This document shows, one piece after another, positions 12,801 to 24,756 of a stretch of 64,000 nucleotides of DNA. Each line of letters starts with the position of its first letter. Position 1 is the stretch's first letter. The translations under genes were made by a program, and so were the position numbers. Source of the DNA: Pseudomonadota bacterium. GTDB lineage: Bacteria; Pseudomonadota; Gammaproteobacteria; GCA-002705445; GCA-002716945. The notes under the pieces are model-generated. The model was not told where the DNA came from, searched no databases, and saw only the letters and a list, made by a program, of their open reading frames with translations. The stretch is from positions 7,636 through 71,635 of the forward strand of contig JAYZYL010000004.1 of the NCBI GenBank assembly GCA_036140295.1, written 5' to 3'.

Positions 12801-14124
12801 TATTTTAGATATAGATGGAAGAGAAAGAGAGAAATATAAAATTCCGTATGGTGCGATAATTACAGTTTCTGATGGAGAAAAGGTTGAAATAGGTCAAACA
12901 ACTGTTACTTGGGACCCGCAAACAAGTCCTATCATAACCGAAACAGCTGGAACAATTAAGTTCGTTGATTTTGTTGAAGGCTCAAGTTTTAGTTATGAAA
13001 CAGATGATATAACTGGCTTTGAGTCAATACATATAAAAGATTCAAGACTTCCATCTTTTGATAAAGGATTAAAACCTACGATCAAACTTGTTGATGACAA
13101 AGGAAATGATATAAACATTAAAAATTCTAGCTTACCAGCTCACTTTATCTTACCAACACAATATAACATTGAGAAGGCAGATTCGAGTCTACCGACATGT
13201 ATTGTGAACTTAAGTGATGGACAGAAAGTTGCGGTAGGAGATACTATTGCGCAGATACCTCGTGGTAGATCAGGAACTCGTGATATCACGGGTGGTTTAC
13301 CTAGAGTTGCAGATCTTTTTGAGGCACGGGAACCTAAGGACAAGGCTGAACTTGCCGAAGTCACCGGGATTGTTTCATTTGGTAAAGAGACCAAAGGGAA
13401 AAGAAGACTAATTATAACACATGAGACAGACGAGAAAACACAGGAAGAACATGTACAAATGTTAGCAAAAAATAAACTTTTAAATGTTTTTGAAGGAGCA
13501 AATGTCAAAAAAGGTGAAATAATTTCTGATGGAGAATTAAATCCTCACGATATTTTACGATACAGGGGAATCACTGAGTTAGCAGAATATCTTGTAAAAG
13601 AAGTTCAAGATGTTTATAGATTGCAGGGCGTTACAATAAATGATAAACACATAGAAGTTATTCTCCGTCAGATGCTCAAAAAAGTTGAAATAGAAGATCC
13701 AGGAGATACTGAACTTATTGAAGGAGAACAACTTGAGAAGACAATTTTGTTTGAAAAAATTGATGAGTTGAAAGAAAGTAATCCAAACGCAAAGCTTCCA
13801 AAATACAGATCTCTTTTATTAGGGATTACGAAAGCCTCACTCGTGACTGATTCATTTATATCTGCAGCCTCTTTTCAAGAAACAACGAGAGTTTTAACTG
13901 ATGCTGCTGTAAATGGAAAGAAAGACTTTTTAAGAGGTTTAAAAGAAAATGTTGTCGTCGGAAGATTGATTCCGTGCGGGAGTAGTCTATCCTCACAGAA
14001 AAGTGATGTAACTGTCGATAAGAAGAGTTTAATTGAAGAAGAATTGGCACAAGAAATGACCGCTTTTGACAATACTGGTCAAAAAACCACTGAAGATGAT
14101 GTGCCAGTTGAGCCAAATCAGTAA
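9862..14124 (+). CDS. rpoC: RNA polymerase beta' subunit
   Basis: NADFDGD active site, N-terminal Zn finger, large trigger-loop insertion typical of Proteobacteria. Confidence 0.99.
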   Translation: MKDILNLFKKATNENSFDHVKISLASPDLMRSWSYGEVKKPETINYRTFKPERDGLFCAKIFGPTKDYECLCGKYKRLKHRGVICEKCGVEVTLSKVRRDRMGHIELASPVAHIWYLRSLPSRIGLMLDMTLREIEKVLYFESYIVVDPGVTPFDKGQLLNEEAYQKAIEEHGTDFKASMGAEAIKELLSEIELKKEFDGLKEDILTTKSQAKNKRNVKRLKLIESFIKSKNNPEWMILSVLPVLPPDLRPLVPLEGGRFATSDLNDLYRRVINRNNRLKRLLELKAPEIIVRNEKRMLQESVDALLDNGRRGRAITGSNKRPLKSLADMIKGKQGRFRQNLLGKRVDYSGRSVIVVGPTLRLHQCGIPKKMALELFKPHIFGKLHTRGIATTIKAAKKVVEKEGEEVWDILEEIIKEYPVLLNRAPTLHRLGIQAFEPILIEGKAIQLHPLVCAAFNADFDGDQMAVHVPLSVDAQIESRVLMMSTNNILSPSNGSPIIVPSQDIVLGIYYLSRKKPNALGEGMIFTDVDEVHRAYEERLVDIQASIKVRIEENSENGEGESQLKLVETTVGRALLAEALPNKIPFKYINKDLDKRAISELFDASYRLAGLKDTVLLADQIMYTGFKYSTVAGVSIGVDDMVIPTEKSKITSKAEKEVKDIEKQYNSGLLTAGERYNKVVDIWSHTNDQVSAAMMKQLGTESTKLKDGKTVEHKSFNSIFMMADSGARGSAAQIRQLSGMRGLMAKPDGSIIETPITANFREGLDVMQYFISTHGARKGLADTALKTANSGYLTRRLVDVSQDLVVTELDCETKSGILMKPLIEGGDIVETLQERVLGRTILKDVKDTSGKTVLEEGTLLDEHNVLVLEKNSIDEVWVRSVITCETRYGVCSKCYGRDLAKGRLVSNGEAVGVIAAQSIGEPGTQLTMRTFHIGGAASRAVAANSIEVKINGTVRFHNLNVVKNSDNQNIVVSRSGELGILDIDGREREKYKIPYGAIITVSDGEKVEIGQTTVTWDPQTSPIITETAGTIKFVDFVEGSSFSYETDDITGFESIHIKDSRLPSFDKGLKPTIKLVDDKGNDINIKNSSLPAHFILPTQYNIEKADSSLPTCIVNLSDGQKVAVGDTIAQIPRGRSGTRDITGGLPRVADLFEAREPKDKAELAEVTGIVSFGKETKGKRRLIITHETDEKTQEEHVQMLAKNKLLNVFEGANVKKGEIISDGELNPHDILRYRGITELAEYLVKEVQDVYRLQGVTINDKHIEVILRQMLKKVEIEDPGDTELIEGEQLEKTILFEKIDELKESNPNAKLPKYRSLLLGITKASLVTDSFISAASFQETTRVLTDAAVNGKKDFLRGLKENVVVGRLIPCGSSLSSQKSDVTVDKKSLIEEELAQEMTAFDNTGQKTTEDDVPVEPNQ

Positions 14125-14161
14125 AATAAACCCTAAAGACTATGTATTTCAGTAATTCTGC

Positions 14162-14190
14162 TTGACACCTCATAATAGTACGAATAGAAT
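14162..14190 (+). promoter_or_regulatory. sigma70 promoter of the str operon
   Basis: TTGACA-N17-TAGAAT 29 nt upstream of rpsL. Confidence 0.85.
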
Positions 14191-14219
14191 TTTTGCAACT
14201 TGTTTAATAATTTAATTTT

Positions 14220-14594
14220 ATGGCAACAACTAATCAATTAGTAAGAAAACCTAGGAAAAGCAAATTTTCAAAAACAGCTGTTCCTGCCCTAGATGCATGC
14301 CCTCAAAAACGAGGCGTTTGTACTCGTGTTTACACAACTACCCCAAAAAAACCAAATTCTGCCCTAAGAAAGGTTGCTAGAGTAAGACTGACAAACGGAG
14401 AGGAAGTTACATCATATATAGGTGGAGAAGGACATAATTTACAAGAACATTCAGTAGTTGTTATTAGAGGTGGAAGAGTAAAAGATTTGCCAGGTGTTAG
14501 ATATCATATAGTACGTGGAAGCTTAGATACCCAAGGCGTGGAAAATCGAAAACAAGGACGATCAAAGTACGGAGCTAAGAGACCAAAAGGATAA
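14220..14594 (+). CDS. rpsL: 30S ribosomal protein S12
   Basis: [21 protein letters not shown]. Confidence 0.99.
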   Translation: MATTNQLVRKPRKSKFSKTAVPALDACPQKRGVCTRVYTTTPKKPNSALRKVARVRLTNGEEVTSYIGGEGHNLQEHSVVVIRGGRVKDLPGVRYHIVRGSLDTQGVENRKQGRSKYGAKRPKG

Positions 14595-14598
14595 GAAA

Positions 14599-15069
14599 GT
14601 GCCAAGAAAAAGAGACGTTCAAAATAGAAAAGTAAAACCTGACCCAATATTTAATAATATTGCGGTATCAAAATTAACAAACATGATAATGGGTGATGGA
14701 AAGAAGAGCATAGCAGAAAAGATTGTATATGACGCACTAGAAATACTCTCAAAGAAAAATAATGGAGAAGGCGTAGCTCTAATGGAAAAGGCACTGCAAA
14801 ATGTTAGTCCGTCTGTTGAAGTAAAATCAAGAAGAGTAGGTGGTTCAAACTATCAAGTTCCTGTAGAAGTTAATTTAAAAAGAAAGCAATCTTTAGCTAT
14901 GAGATGGATTATAGAAGCCGCTTCAAAAAGAAATGAAAAATCTATGAAAGACAAATTGGCTTATGAATTAATTGATGCATCAGAAAACAAAGGTTCTGCT
15001 GTTAAGAAACGTGAGGATGTACATAAAATGGCTGAAGCAAACAAAGCTTTTGCACATTACAGGTGGTAG
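14599..15069 (+). CDS. rpsG: 30S ribosomal protein S7
   Basis: [24 protein letters not shown]; GTG start. Confidence 0.99.
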   Translation: MPRKRDVQNRKVKPDPIFNNIAVSKLTNMIMGDGKKSIAEKIVYDALEILSKKNNGEGVALMEKALQNVSPSVEVKSRRVGGSNYQVPVEVNLKRKQSLAMRWIIEAASKRNEKSMKDKLAYELIDASENKGSAVKKREDVHKMAEANKAFAHYRW

Positions 15070-15070
15070 T

Positions 15071-17170
15071 ATGGCGAGAAAAACTCAAATAGAAAACTAT
15101 AGAAATATTGGGATCATGGCTCATATAGATGCTGGGAAAACAACTACGACAGAAAGGATACTTTATTATACTGGTCGTTCCCACAAAATTGGGGAGGTTC
15201 ATGATGGAGCAGCAACAATGGACTGGATGGAACAAGAACAAGAAAGGGGAATAACAATTACATCTGCTGCAACGCATTGTATGTGGACTGGAAGCAACCA
15301 ACAATTCCCAGAACACCGAATAAATATTATAGATACTCCCGGCCATGTTGATTTTACTATTGAAGTAGAAAGATCTCTAAGAGTTTTGGATGGAGCAGTT
15401 GGTGTTTTTTGTGCAGTTGGAGGGGTTGAACCACAGTCTGAAACTGTATGGAGACAGGCAAACAAATATAAAGTTCCTAGAATGGCCTTTGTTAACAAAA
15501 TGGACAGAGCTGGGGCAGATTTCTTTAGAGTTATAGAACAAATTAAAACTAGATTAGGGTCTCATCCTGTTCCAATACAGATTCCTATTGGAGCAGAAGA
15601 TAATTTTAAAGGAGTTGTTGATTTATTGTCAATGAATGCAATAGTTTGGGATGACGCATCCAAAGGAATGAAATTTGAATTGAAAGATATACCTGATGAT
15701 TTATCTGAAAAAGCGAAAAAACTTCGTGAAGAACTTTTGGAAATAGCAGCAGAATCTGATGAATCACTTATGGATGAATATCTAAATAATGGAGATTTAC
15801 CTTCAGAAAAAATTATTAAAGGTTTAAGGTCAAGAACTTTAGCGAATGAAATTGTCCTTGTAATGTGTGGATCTGCCTTCAAAAACAAAGGAGTTCAAAC
15901 AATGCTAGATTCTGTAATTAATTTTATGCCTTCTCCAATTGACATACCTCCAATATCAGGGGTGTTGGATGATAAAGATGAAACTGAGGCTGTAAGAAAG
16001 GCTTCTGATGATGAACCATTTTCTTCTCTTGCATTCAAAATTGCGACTGATCCACATGTAGGATCCCTGACATTTTTTAGAGTTTATTCAGGCGTTTTAA
16101 AATCTGGTGACACAATCTTTAACACCATCACAAATAAAAAAGAGCGTGTTGGAAGAATTTTACAAATGCATTCAAATTCAAGAGAAGACATTGAAGAAGT
16201 AAGAGCTGGCGACATAGCTGCAGCTGTTGGTTTAAAACAAATTACTACAGGAGACACCTTATGTACACCAGACTCAAAGATAACTTTAGAAAGGATGGAG
16301 TTTCCTGAACCTGTAATTTCGATTGCGGTTGAACCAAAAACTAAAGTTGACCAAGAAAAAATGGGTTTAGCATTAGGTAAGCTTGCTCAAGAAGACCCCT
16401 CTTTTAGAGTTACAACAGATGAAGAATCAAACCAAACAATCATATCTGGTATGGGAGAGCTACATTTAGAAATTATTGTAGATAGATTAAAACGAGAATT
16501 TAATGTTGAGGCAAATGTAGGAAAGCCACAGGTAGCTTATAGGGAAACAATACGGAATGCTGTGGAACAGGAAGCAAAATACATAAAACAAAGTGGTGGC
16601 CGTGGACAATATGGACATGTTTGGCTAAAACTTGAACCTCAAGAACCAGGAAAAGGATATGAATTCATAAATAAAATTGTAGGTGGAACTATACCTAAGG
16701 AATTTATTGGTCCAGTAGATAAAGGAGTAAAAGAACAAATGGAAAATGGTGTTATTGGAGGATACCCAGTGGTTGATGTAAAAGTAACTTTGTATGATGG
16801 TTCATTCCATGATGTTGATTCTAGTGAGGTAGCTTTTAAAGTTGCAGGTTCAATGGCATTTAAAGAAGGAGCTCAAAAAGCTAAACCAGTTCTATTAGAG
16901 CCAGTTATGAGCGTAGAAGCAGTTACACCAAAAGATTATTTAGGTGATGTAACAGGTGACTTGAACAGGCGGCGCGGTATTGTCCTTGGCATGGAAGAAA
17001 GCGTAACAGGAAATATAATTAAAGCAGAAGTACCATTAGCAGAAATGTTTGGATACGCAACAGATTTACGTTCAATGACACAAGGGAGAGCAACATACAC
17101 TATGGAATTCCAAAAATATTCAGAGATTCCAAATAATATTGCTGAAGAATTAACTAAAAAGGCATCATAA
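15071..17170 (+). CDS. fusA: Elongation factor G
   Basis: [21 protein letters not shown]; start at ATG 15071, 1 nt after rpsG stop. Confidence 0.99.
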   Translation: MARKTQIENYRNIGIMAHIDAGKTTTTERILYYTGRSHKIGEVHDGAATMDWMEQEQERGITITSAATHCMWTGSNQQFPEHRINIIDTPGHVDFTIEVERSLRVLDGAVGVFCAVGGVEPQSETVWRQANKYKVPRMAFVNKMDRAGADFFRVIEQIKTRLGSHPVPIQIPIGAEDNFKGVVDLLSMNAIVWDDASKGMKFELKDIPDDLSEKAKKLREELLEIAAESDESLMDEYLNNGDLPSEKIIKGLRSRTLANEIVLVMCGSAFKNKGVQTMLDSVINFMPSPIDIPPISGVLDDKDETEAVRKASDDEPFSSLAFKIATDPHVGSLTFFRVYSGVLKSGDTIFNTITNKKERVGRILQMHSNSREDIEEVRAGDIAAAVGLKQITTGDTLCTPDSKITLERMEFPEPVISIAVEPKTKVDQEKMGLALGKLAQEDPSFRVTTDEESNQTIISGMGELHLEIIVDRLKREFNVEANVGKPQVAYRETIRNAVEQEAKYIKQSGGRGQYGHVWLKLEPQEPGKGYEFINKIVGGTIPKEFIGPVDKGVKEQMENGVIGGYPVVDVKVTLYDGSFHDVDSSEVAFKVAGSMAFKEGAQKAKPVLLEPVMSVEAVTPKDYLGDVTGDLNRRRGIVLGMEESVTGNIIKAEVPLAEMFGYATDLRSMTQGRATYTMEFQKYSEIPNNIAEELTKKAS

Positions 17171-17493
17171 TGGCAAAAAAGAAAAAAGCACAAACAATAC
17201 GAATAAGATTAAAAACTTTTGATCATAAACTAATTGATGCTTCAGCTAAGGAAATTTTAGAAACTGCAAAAAGAACGGGGGCAAGAGTCCTCGGACCTAT
17301 ACCCCTTCCTACAAAAAAGGAACGATATACAATTCTAATCTCACCTCATGTTGATAAAGATGCGAGAGATCAGTATGAAATACGGACACATAAGAGATTG
17401 ATGGATATTGTTGAACCAACGGACAAAACTGTTGATGCTCTAATGAAACTTGATTTGGCAGCTGGTGTTGATGTCCAAATTGAACTAAATTAA
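17170..17493 (+). CDS. rpsJ: 30S ribosomal protein S10
   Basis: [20 protein letters not shown]; TAATG overlap with fusA. Confidence 0.99.
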   Translation: MAKKKKAQTIRIRLKTFDHKLIDASAKEILETAKRTGARVLGPIPLPTKKERYTILISPHVDKDARDQYEIRTHKRLMDIVEPTDKTVDALMKLDLAAGVDVQIELN

Positions 17494-17532
17494 GCATTTT
17501 TCCACAAAACCCTATATAGAGGCATGAATTTA

Positions 17533-17541
17533 TGTTAAAAT
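17533..17541 (+). promoter_or_regulatory. Extended -10 element upstream of rplC
   Basis: TG-T-TAAAAT in the 93-nt rpsJ-rplC gap; GAGG SD before rplC. Confidence 0.45.
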
Positions 17542-17586
17542 TCAGCGTTTTTTAGTTATTAACTTTGTCATTTTGAGGATAAAAAA

Positions 17587-18381
17587 ATGAGTTTAGGTAT
17601 GATTGGCAAAAAAGCTGGCATGACTAGGGTTTTTGATAATTCAGGCATTTCTGTACCTGTAACTGCAATAAATCTTACACCAAATCATGTATCTCAAATT
17701 AAAACCCTTGAAAAAGATGGTTACGAAGCAATACAAGTTTCCTATGGAGAAAAGAAAAAAACCCATACCAACAAACCAATTACTGGCCATTACAAGAAAG
17801 CTAACTTAGAACCAAGAGAAGGTCTTATTGAATTTCGAATGGAAAAAGGAAAAGGTCAGGATTTTAAAATTGGAGATAAAATTGATCTCAACATGTTTAA
17901 AGAAGGGGAACATGTGGATGTTACAGGGACTACAATCGGAAAGGGTTTCCAAGGAGGAGTAAAAAGACATCACTTTAAAACACAAGATGCAACACATGGT
18001 AATTCTTTATCACACCGAGCACTTGGCTCTACTGGACAATGCCAAGATCCTGGTCGTGTTTTTAAAGGAAAAAAAATGGCAGGACAACTTGGAAATAGCA
18101 AAGTTACAGTCCAAAATCTTGTCATAGTAAAAATTATTCCAGAAGAAAACATACTACTAATTAAAGGTTCAGTACCTGGTTTTGATGGGACCAGTATAAT
18201 AATAAAACATACTAGAAAAAAATATATACCAAAAGAAATTCTAAACCAAGAACTACCAGAAGAAGAAATAAAAACAAAATCAAAAGAAAAAACAAAACCA
18301 GACACTGAAGCCAAACCAAAAGAAGAAGTAAAAACAGAATCAAAAGAAAAAACAAAACCAGACACTGAAACCCAAGCATAA
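17587..18381 (+). CDS. rplC: 50S ribosomal protein L3 with about 52-aa charged C-terminal extension
   Basis: GKKAGMT, GKGFQGGVKRH, GSTGQCQDPGRVFKGKKM. Confidence 0.98.
   Translation: MSLGMIGKKAGMTRVFDNSGISVPVTAINLTPNHVSQIKTLEKDGYEAIQVSYGEKKKTHTNKPITGHYKKANLEPREGLIEFRMEKGKGQDFKIGDKIDLNMFKEGEHVDVTGTTIGKGFQGGVKRHHFKTQDATHGNSLSHRALGSTGQCQDPGRVFKGKKMAGQLGNSKVTVQNLVIVKIIPEENILLIKGSVPGFDGTSIIIKHTRKKYIPKEILNQELPEEEIKTKSKEKTKPDTEAKPKEEVKTESKEKTKPDTETQA
18256..18375 (+). repeat. Two-copy 60-bp in-frame tandem repeat in the rplC 3' end
   Basis: 18256-18315 versus 18316-18375 match at 55/60 nt; PEEEIKTKSKEKTKPDTEAK / PKEEVKTESKEKTKPDTETQ. Confidence 0.95.
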
Positions 18382-18383
18382 AA

Positions 18384-18962
18384 ATGGCAAATATTGAACT
18401 AAAAAAAATATTTAATAAAGGATTTAATAAATCACTTGTTCATCAGGTGACAATTGATTACATGTCGAATCAAAGATTAGGAACTAAAGCTCAGAAAAAT
18501 CGTTCATCTGTCAGTGGTGGAGGTGATAAGCCAAGGCCACAAAAAGGATCAGGCAGAGCAAGAGCAGGAACAATAAGGAGCCCGATATGGAGAGGGGGAG
18601 GTGTTACATTCGCAACTCAACCAAAAAGATTCTCTAAAAAAATTAATAAAAAAATGTATAGATTGGCTATGAATTGCATTTTATCTGAGTTAGTTAGAAA
18701 AAAACGAGTACATTGTGTTGATAATTTTAATGTTGCTAAACCAAAAACAAAATTATTTTTATCAGAATTAGGAAAATTAAAAATTACAAATGCACTTATG
18801 ATTGTAGATGAGGAAAAAATTAATGTTTTTCTAGCAGGTAGAAATATTAAAAATATTGAAGTTATCAGTCCAGCTGGAGTAAATCCTCACAATTTAATGA
18901 AATATGAAAATGTTATTATGGATTCAAAAATTGTAGAAAAATTACAGAGTATGACGTCATGA
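18384..18962 (+). CDS. rplD: 50S ribosomal protein L4
   Basis: QKGSGRARAG, SPIWRGGG. Confidence 0.98.
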   Translation: MANIELKKIFNKGFNKSLVHQVTIDYMSNQRLGTKAQKNRSSVSGGGDKPRPQKGSGRARAGTIRSPIWRGGGVTFATQPKRFSKKINKKMYRLAMNCILSELVRKKRVHCVDNFNVAKPKTKLFLSELGKLKITNALMIVDEEKINVFLAGRNIKNIEVISPAGVNPHNLMKYENVIMDSKIVEKLQSMTS

Positions 18963-19264
18963 ATAAAGAAAGATTAATGAACATAATTTTATCTCCCCAT
19001 GTTTCAGAGAAAGCAACTTTATGTGCAGATATAAAGAATCAACATGTTTTTTCAGTAGCAAAAGATGCAAAAAAATTAGAAGTTAAAAAAGCAATTGAGG
19101 TAATGTTTGAAGTAGAGGTAGCTGATGTAAAACTTCTGAATATCCAAGGAAAGCTTAAGAGGTTAGGCAGAAAAGTTGGGAAGAGAAAGGATTGGAAAAA
19201 AGCTTATGTCAGACTTAAAGAAGGGTTTGATATAAATTATGGCGAAGCGGAGACAAACAAATGA
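18959..19264 (+). CDS. rplW: 50S ribosomal protein L23
   Basis: PHVSEKA, WKKAYV. Confidence 0.98.
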   Translation: MNKERLMNIILSPHVSEKATLCADIKNQHVFSVAKDAKKLEVKKAIEVMFEVEVADVKLLNIQGKLKRLGRKVGKRKDWKKAYVRLKEGFDINYGEAETNK

Positions 19265-20097
19265 CATTAATTAAATCTAAACCAACATCTCCTGGACAAA
19301 GATTCAAAGTAAAAGTAGTTAATGATGACTTACATAAAGGAAAGCCATATCCGCCTTTAATACAAAAATCAAAGAAAAGTGGGGGGAGAAATAGTCAAGG
19401 GCGTATTACTACTAGACATATTGGTGGCGGTCATAAAAGACGATATAGAATTATTGATTTTAAGCGCGACAAAGATAATATTTCTGCAAAAGTAGAAAGA
19501 TTGGAATATGATCCAAACCGTAATGCTAATATTGCACTAGTTCTCTACACTGATGGAGAAAGAAGATATATTATTGCTCCTAAAAATCTTAAAGTAGGCG
19601 ATACCATAGTGTCTGGAGAAGAATCATCTATTGCAGTAGGTAATTCTCTTCCCTTGAAAAATATTCCTGTTGGAACACAAATTCATTGTATTGAGATGAA
19701 ACCCGGCAGAGGAGCACAGATAGCTAGAAGTGCAGGCACAGTAGCACAAATAATGGCAATGGAAGGTAATTATGCCACAGTGAAATTAAAGTCTGGAGAA
19801 ATGAGAAAAATTCTTGCTCATTGCAAAGCCACAATTGGAGAAGTAGGGAACAGTGAATATAATCTTCGTTCATTTGGAAAAGCTGGTGCTAAGAGATGGT
19901 TAGGAATCAGACCAACAGTCAGAGGTGTTGCTATGAACCCAATAGATCATCCTCATGGTGGTGGTGAAGGAAAGACATCTGGAGGAAGGGACCCTGTTTC
20001 ACCTTGGGGGACCCCAACAAAAGGATATAAAACAAGATCTAATAAAAGAACAGACAATATGATAGTTCGAAGAAGAGCTAAGAAAAAAAGAGGATAA
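19261..20097 (+). CDS. rplB: 50S ribosomal protein L2
   Basis: [23 protein letters not shown]. Confidence 0.99.
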   Translation: MTLIKSKPTSPGQRFKVKVVNDDLHKGKPYPPLIQKSKKSGGRNSQGRITTRHIGGGHKRRYRIIDFKRDKDNISAKVERLEYDPNRNANIALVLYTDGERRYIIAPKNLKVGDTIVSGEESSIAVGNSLPLKNIPVGTQIHCIEMKPGRGAQIARSAGTVAQIMAMEGNYATVKLKSGEMRKILAHCKATIGEVGNSEYNLRSFGKAGAKRWLGIRPTVRGVAMNPIDHPHGGGEGKTSGGRDPVSPWGTPTKGYKTRSNKRTDNMIVRRRAKKKRG

Positions 20098-20099
20098 TT

Positions 20100-20378
20100 A
20101 TGGCAAGATCATTAAATAAAGGACCTTACATTGACTATCACCTTCAAACTAAAATTGAAAAGTCCTTAAAGGAAAATAATAAAAAGCCAATCAAAACTTG
20201 GTCCAGAAGATCTGTAATTACACCAGAAATGGTTGGCCTCACTTTTTCTGTACATAATGGTAAACAACATATACCTGTCTACGTAACTGAAAATATGGTT
20301 GGACATAAATTAGGTGAATTTTCTCCAACAAGAATGTTTAAAGCCCATTCAGGCGATAGAAAAGCAAAGGTAAAATAA
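20100..20378 (+). CDS. rpsS: 30S ribosomal protein S19
   Basis: [20 protein letters not shown]. Confidence 0.99.
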   Translation: MARSLNKGPYIDYHLQTKIEKSLKENNKKPIKTWSRRSVITPEMVGLTFSVHNGKQHIPVYVTENMVGHKLGEFSPTRMFKAHSGDRKAKVK

Positions 20379-20379
20379 T

Positions 20380-20721
20380 ATGGATGTTCAAGCAATACTA
20401 AAATACCAGAGAATATCAGCACAAAAATGTAGATTGATAGCTGACTCTATACGTGGCTTACAAATTGATAAAGCGCTAGAGGTTTTAAATTTTACAAATA
20501 AAAAAGCATCAAGAATAGTTCTTAAGGTTTTGAAGTCAGCCATTTCAAATGCTGAAGTAAATAATTCTATTGATATAGATGATTTGAAAGTTAAGAATGT
20601 ATTAATAAATCAGGGACCAACTGCAAAAAGACACATACCAAGAGCAAGAGGAAGAGTTAACGAAATATTAAAGAGAAGTAGCCATGTTACAGTTGTTGTA
20701 ACAGATGGTAAAGAGGAATAG
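20380..20721 (+). CDS. rplV: 50S ribosomal protein L22
   Basis: [22 protein letters not shown]. Confidence 0.98.
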   Translation: MDVQAILKYQRISAQKCRLIADSIRGLQIDKALEVLNFTNKKASRIVLKVLKSAISNAEVNNSIDIDDLKVKNVLINQGPTAKRHIPRARGRVNEILKRSSHVTVVVTDGKEE

Positions 20722-20723
20722 AT

Positions 20724-21419
20724 ATGGGACAAAAAGTTCATCCAACAGGAATAAGACTTGGAATTGCAACAGACTGGATTTCTAAATGGTATGCCAGTAA
20801 ACGTGAATTTCCAAAATATCTTTTAGAGGATATTAAAGTACGTGAGTATTTAAGAAAGAAATTATCTCATGGATCAGTAAGCAAAATTTTAATTGAGAGG
20901 CCTGCAAAGGAGGCAATTATAACAATCTTTACTGCAAGACCAGGTATTGTTATTGGAAAAAAAGGTGAAGACATTGAAAAATATAGGACCCATGTCGCAA
21001 ACATACTTAACATCTCTAAAAATACTGTAAAACTTAATGTTCAGGAAATTCGAAAACCTGAACTTAATGCTCAGTTAGTGTCAGAAGGGATAGCTCAACA
21101 ACTTGAAAGAAGAATTATGTATAGGAGAGCTACAAAAAGAGCTGTTACAAATACAATGAGATTAGGAGCTCTTGGAATTAAAGTAAATGTAGCGGGAAGA
21201 CTTAATGGTGCTGAAATTGCAAGAAGCGAATGGTATAGAGAAGGAAGAGTCCCTTTACATACATTAAAAGCAAATATAGATTATGGTTTTTCTGAAGCTC
21301 AAACTACATACGGAAAGATAGGAATTAAAGTTTGGATATTCCTTGAAGACAGCGCAGATAAAGAAGAAAGTGAAACCACTTCAACTAAGCCACCCAAGAA
21401 AAATGACAGCGAGAAATAG
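20724..21419 (+). CDS. rpsC: 30S ribosomal protein S3
   Basis: [31 protein letters not shown]. Confidence 0.99.
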   Translation: MGQKVHPTGIRLGIATDWISKWYASKREFPKYLLEDIKVREYLRKKLSHGSVSKILIERPAKEAIITIFTARPGIVIGKKGEDIEKYRTHVANILNISKNTVKLNVQEIRKPELNAQLVSEGIAQQLERRIMYRRATKRAVTNTMRLGALGIKVNVAGRLNGAEIARSEWYREGRVPLHTLKANIDYGFSEAQTTYGKIGIKVWIFLEDSADKEESETTSTKPPKKNDSEK

Positions 21420-21421
21420 AT

Positions 21422-21835
21422 ATGTTGCAGCCAAAAAAAACTAAATTTAGAAAACAACAAAAAGGTAAACTCCGTGGGTTTGCTACCTCTGGCACCAAAG
21501 TCAGTTTTGGTCAATTTGGATTAAAAGCAATTACTAGAGGGCGTATTACAGCAAGACAAATAGAAGCGGCAAGAAGAGCAATGACTAGACATATAAAACG
21601 TGGTGGGAAAGTTTGGATCCGAATATTCCCAGATGTACCGATCACAAAAAAACCCATAGAGGTTCGTATGGGGAAGGGTAAAGGGAATGTGGAATATTGG
21701 GTAGCTAAAATACAACCTGGGAAAATACTTTATGAGATGGAAGGAGTGTCTGAAGAAATAGCACGAGAGGCTTTCAGACTAGCATCAGCTAAGCTTCCAG
21801 TAACAACCGCATTTATAACTAGGACAGTAATGTAA
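21422..21835 (+). CDS. rplP: 50S ribosomal protein L16
   Basis: RMGKGKG, IEAARRA. Confidence 0.99.
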   Translation: MLQPKKTKFRKQQKGKLRGFATSGTKVSFGQFGLKAITRGRITARQIEAARRAMTRHIKRGGKVWIRIFPDVPITKKPIEVRMGKGKGNVEYWVAKIQPGKILYEMEGVSEEIAREAFRLASAKLPVTTAFITRTVM

Positions 21836-22023
21836 TGAATATTGATGAGTACAGAGAAAAAAATAAAGAAGAGTTAGTGAAAGAACTACACCTATTATTA
21901 AAAGAAAGATTTGATTTACGTATACAACGGGGTTCTGGTTTATCACCTAAACCACATTTATTTAAAATTAATAAAAAAAATATTGCAAGAATTAAAACCT
22001 TATTAAGTGAGAAGAATAAATGA
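21835..22023 (+). CDS. rpmC: 50S ribosomal protein L29
   Basis: 62 aa, IARIKT, synteny. Confidence 0.95.
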   Translation: MNIDEYREKNKEELVKELHLLLKERFDLRIQRGSGLSPKPHLFKINKKNIARIKTLLSEKNK

Positions 22024-22268
22024 GCAACGAAAACAAGAAAACAAAAGTAATTTTTGCTAAAGTTCTAAGCAATAAAATGGATAAGTCAGCAACAGTTGTA
22101 GTTGAAAGACAAATAAAACATCCAGTTAATGGAAAATTTATTAAAAGGTCAACCAAACTACACATACATGATGAAAACAATGAATGCCAAGTTGGTCAAA
22201 AAGTAAAGATTCATCAATGCAAACCAATATCTAAAACAAAAGCTTGGACATTGGCAAAAGAGAAGTAG
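22020..22268 (+). CDS. rpsQ: 30S ribosomal protein S17
   Basis: [18 protein letters not shown]. Confidence 0.98.
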   Translation: MSNENKKTKVIFAKVLSNKMDKSATVVVERQIKHPVNGKFIKRSTKLHIHDENNECQVGQKVKIHQCKPISKTKAWTLAKEK

Positions 22269-22276
22269 AGATAATT

Positions 22277-22645
22277 ATGATTCAAATGCAAACAATTTTA
22301 CAATCTGCAGACAATAGTGGTGCAAGAAAACTTATGTGTATAAAAGTTCTTGGAGGATCTCATAGAAGGTTTGCAAGACTTGGTGATGTAATTAAAGTAA
22401 CAGTTAAAGATGCTATCCCGAAAGGAAAAGTGAAGAAAGGAGAAGTCTATAATGCTGTAATTGTAAGAACAAAAAAGGGAGTCCGAAGATCTGATGGTTC
22501 ATCTATAAGGTTTGATAGTAATGCTGTAGTCTTATTAGATAATAAGCTCGAACCATTAGGAACAAGAATATTTGGACCAGTTACTAGAGAATTACGCTCT
22601 CTTACATTCATGAAGATAATTTCTTTAGCACCTGAAGTTTTATAG
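22277..22645 (+). CDS. rplN: 50S ribosomal protein L14
   Basis: [27 protein letters not shown]; start ATG 22277. Confidence 0.99.
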   Translation: MIQMQTILQSADNSGARKLMCIKVLGGSHRRFARLGDVIKVTVKDAIPKGKVKKGEVYNAVIVRTKKGVRRSDGSSIRFDSNAVVLLDNKLEPLGTRIFGPVTRELRSLTFMKIISLAPEVL

Positions 22646-22658
22646 ATGGTAAAAAAAT

Positions 22659-22976
22659 ATGAATAAGTTAAAAAAAGGAGATATGGTTATAGTGACAGCA
22701 GGGAAGGAAAAAGGTAAAAAAGGAGAAATAATGAAGATTGTCGATTCAGAAAACTTAATTATTTCCAGTGTAAATTTTGCTAAAAAACATGTAAAACCAA
22801 ACCCAAATAAAGGAGTTGATGGAGGAGTTCTTGAAAGAGAAATGCCAATGCATATTTCAAATATTATGATTTTTAACCAGCTTACAAAAAAGGGAGATAG
22901 GGTTGGTTTTAAAAAGTTAGACAATGGGAAGAAAGTCCGCGTTTATAAATCTAATGGCGAGGTTATAGATATTTAA
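22659..22976 (+). CDS. rplX: 50S ribosomal protein L24
   Basis: KOW motif [17 protein letters not shown]. Confidence 0.98.
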   Translation: MNKLKKGDMVIVTAGKEKGKKGEIMKIVDSENLIISSVNFAKKHVKPNPNKGVDGGVLEREMPMHISNIMIFNQLTKKGDRVGFKKLDNGKKVRVYKSNGEVIDI

Positions 22977-22977
22977 A

Positions 22978-23514
22978 ATGAATACTTTTAATGAGTACTA
23001 TAAAGAAAATATTGTTCCTAGCTTAATGGATCAATTTAAATATAAATCCTCTATGGAAGTTCCTAGGTTGAAAAAGATTACCCTTAACATGGGATTAGGT
23101 GATGCAGTTAATGATAAAAAAATACTTGAAACTAGTACCGAAGAGCTGACACGGATTAGTGGACAAAAAGCTATACTTACTTATGCAAAAAAATCTATTG
23201 CAAACTTTAAGCTTAGAGAAAAAATGCCAATTGGCTGCAAGGTTACCCTGAGAAAAGAAAAAATGTATGATTTTTTTGAGAAATTAATTAAAATTTCTTT
23301 ACCTAGAGTAAGAGATTTTAGGGGGCTGAGTCAAAAATCATTTGATGGTAGAGGTAATTATACAATAGGTATAAAAGAGCATATAATATTCCCTGAAATT
23401 GATTTTGACAGAATTGATAAAATAAAAGGGCTAGACATTACCATTACTACAACAGCAAAAAATGATCAGGAGGCATTGGAATTGTTTAAGCAATTTAACT
23501 TTCCATTCAAATAA
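22978..23514 (+). CDS. rplE: 50S ribosomal protein L5
   Basis: [22 protein letters not shown]. Confidence 0.99.
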   Translation: MNTFNEYYKENIVPSLMDQFKYKSSMEVPRLKKITLNMGLGDAVNDKKILETSTEELTRISGQKAILTYAKKSIANFKLREKMPIGCKVTLRKEKMYDFFEKLIKISLPRVRDFRGLSQKSFDGRGNYTIGIKEHIIFPEIDFDRIDKIKGLDITITTTAKNDQEALELFKQFNFPFK

Positions 23515-23515
23515 A

Positions 23516-23821
23516 ATGGCAAAATTATCTTTAATTGAGAGAGAGAGAAAACGAGCAAAACTTATACTTAAGTATGCTAAAAAGCGTGCTGAACTTAAAA
23601 AACAAATGAAAAAGGTTAATCTCAGTGTTGAAGAAAAAATACTTCTTGGAGTGAAATTACAGAAATTGCCCTTAAACTCATTACCTGTTAGAAGGAGAAA
23701 TCGATGTGGTCTCACCGGTAGACCTCGCGGTGTATATAGGAAATTTTCATTGAGTAGAACTAAATTACGTGAGATTGCAATGAGAGGAGAAATTCCAGGT
23801 TTAACAAAAGCAAGTTGGTAA
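23516..23821 (+). CDS. rpsN: 30S ribosomal protein S14 (101-aa zinc-independent form)
   Basis: [23 protein letters not shown]; start ATG 23516. Confidence 0.98.
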   Translation: MAKLSLIERERKRAKLILKYAKKRAELKKQMKKVNLSVEEKILLGVKLQKLPLNSLPVRRRNRCGLTGRPRGVYRKFSLSRTKLREIAMRGEIPGLTKASW

Positions 23822-23826
23822 TAATT

Positions 23827-24219
23827 ATGAGTATGAGTGATACAATAGCAGACTTAATTACAAGAATTAGAAACGCTCAAAGAGCACAAAAGAATTCTGT
23901 AGCCATACCTTATTCAAAAATGAAATCATCAATTTGTAAAGTTCTTGAAGAAGAAGGGTACATAGTTTCTTTTGGAATTGAAGGTGATTCTAAAAAGACA
24001 TTAAATGTTATTTTGAAATATCATGAAGGGAAACCTGTTATAGAGAATATTAAAAGGATAAGTAAACCAAGCCTCAGAATTTTTAAGCCTACAAAAAATA
24101 TTCCTTTAGTAAAAAATGGCCTAGGCATTTGTATAGTTTCAACGTCAAAAGGAATTATGACTGATAAAAAAGCCAGGGAAGAAAACTGTGGAGGAGAAAT
24201 CATCTGCCATGTTTCATAG
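23827..24219 (+). CDS. rpsH: 30S ribosomal protein S8
   Basis: [21 protein letters not shown]; start ATG 23827. Confidence 0.98.
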   Translation: MSMSDTIADLITRIRNAQRAQKNSVAIPYSKMKSSICKVLEEEGYIVSFGIEGDSKKTLNVILKYHEGKPVIENIKRISKPSLRIFKPTKNIPLVKNGLGICIVSTSKGIMTDKKAREENCGGEIICHVS

Positions 24220-24228
24220 AGAAGTAAA

Positions 24229-24756
24229 ATGTCAAAAATAGCAAGAAAACCAATTATAATGTCAGATAAAATAAAGTTCTCAATTAATGAAAACCAAATA
24301 ATTATTGAAGGACCAAAAGGAAAGCTTTCATTAGAGAAGCAATCTGATATTGCAGTGAAAGAGGAGTCTGGAAAATTATTTGTTGTAACAAGCAATAATG
24401 ACTCTACTTCTATGTCTGGCACTACAAGAGCTTTACTTTCTAACATGATTAAAGGTGTTTCGGAAGGATGGCAAAAAAAATTGAAATTAGTGGGCGTTGG
24501 TTACCGAGCAAAAGCAAATAATCAAAATCTTGAATTAACAGTTGGTTATTCACACCCTGTTATTTATCCAGTTCCTGAAGGTATTGAGATTACAACTCCA
24601 TCTCAAACTGAGATTATAGTTAGCGGAATAGATAAGCAAAAAATTGGACAGGTTGCCTCAGAAATAAGATCAATAAGATTGCCTGAACCTTACAAAGGGA
24701 AAGGAATTAGATACGATGACGAGCGCATAATAAAAAAAGAGGCTAAAAAGAAATGA
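24229..24756 (+). CDS. rplF: 50S ribosomal protein L6
   Basis: GVGYRA, PEPYKGKGIRY. Confidence 0.99.
   Translation: MSKIARKPIIMSDKIKFSINENQIIIEGPKGKLSLEKQSDIAVKEESGKLFVVTSNNDSTSMSGTTRALLSNMIKGVSEGWQKKLKLVGVGYRAKANNQNLELTVGYSHPVIYPVPEGIEITTPSQTEIIVSGIDKQKIGQVASEIRSIRLPEPYKGKGIRYDDERIIKKEAKKK

Noticed and set aside
14972-15070. 33-aa N-terminal extension of EF-G
   Set aside because: Overlaps rpsG; true start is ATG 15071 (similar over-extensions for rplN, rpsN, rplQ, corC, pmbA)
1791-17193. Many antisense ORFs of 60-180 aa opposite tuf, rpoB, rpoC and fusA
   Set aside because: Shadow frames of conserved genes; no motifs or independent signals
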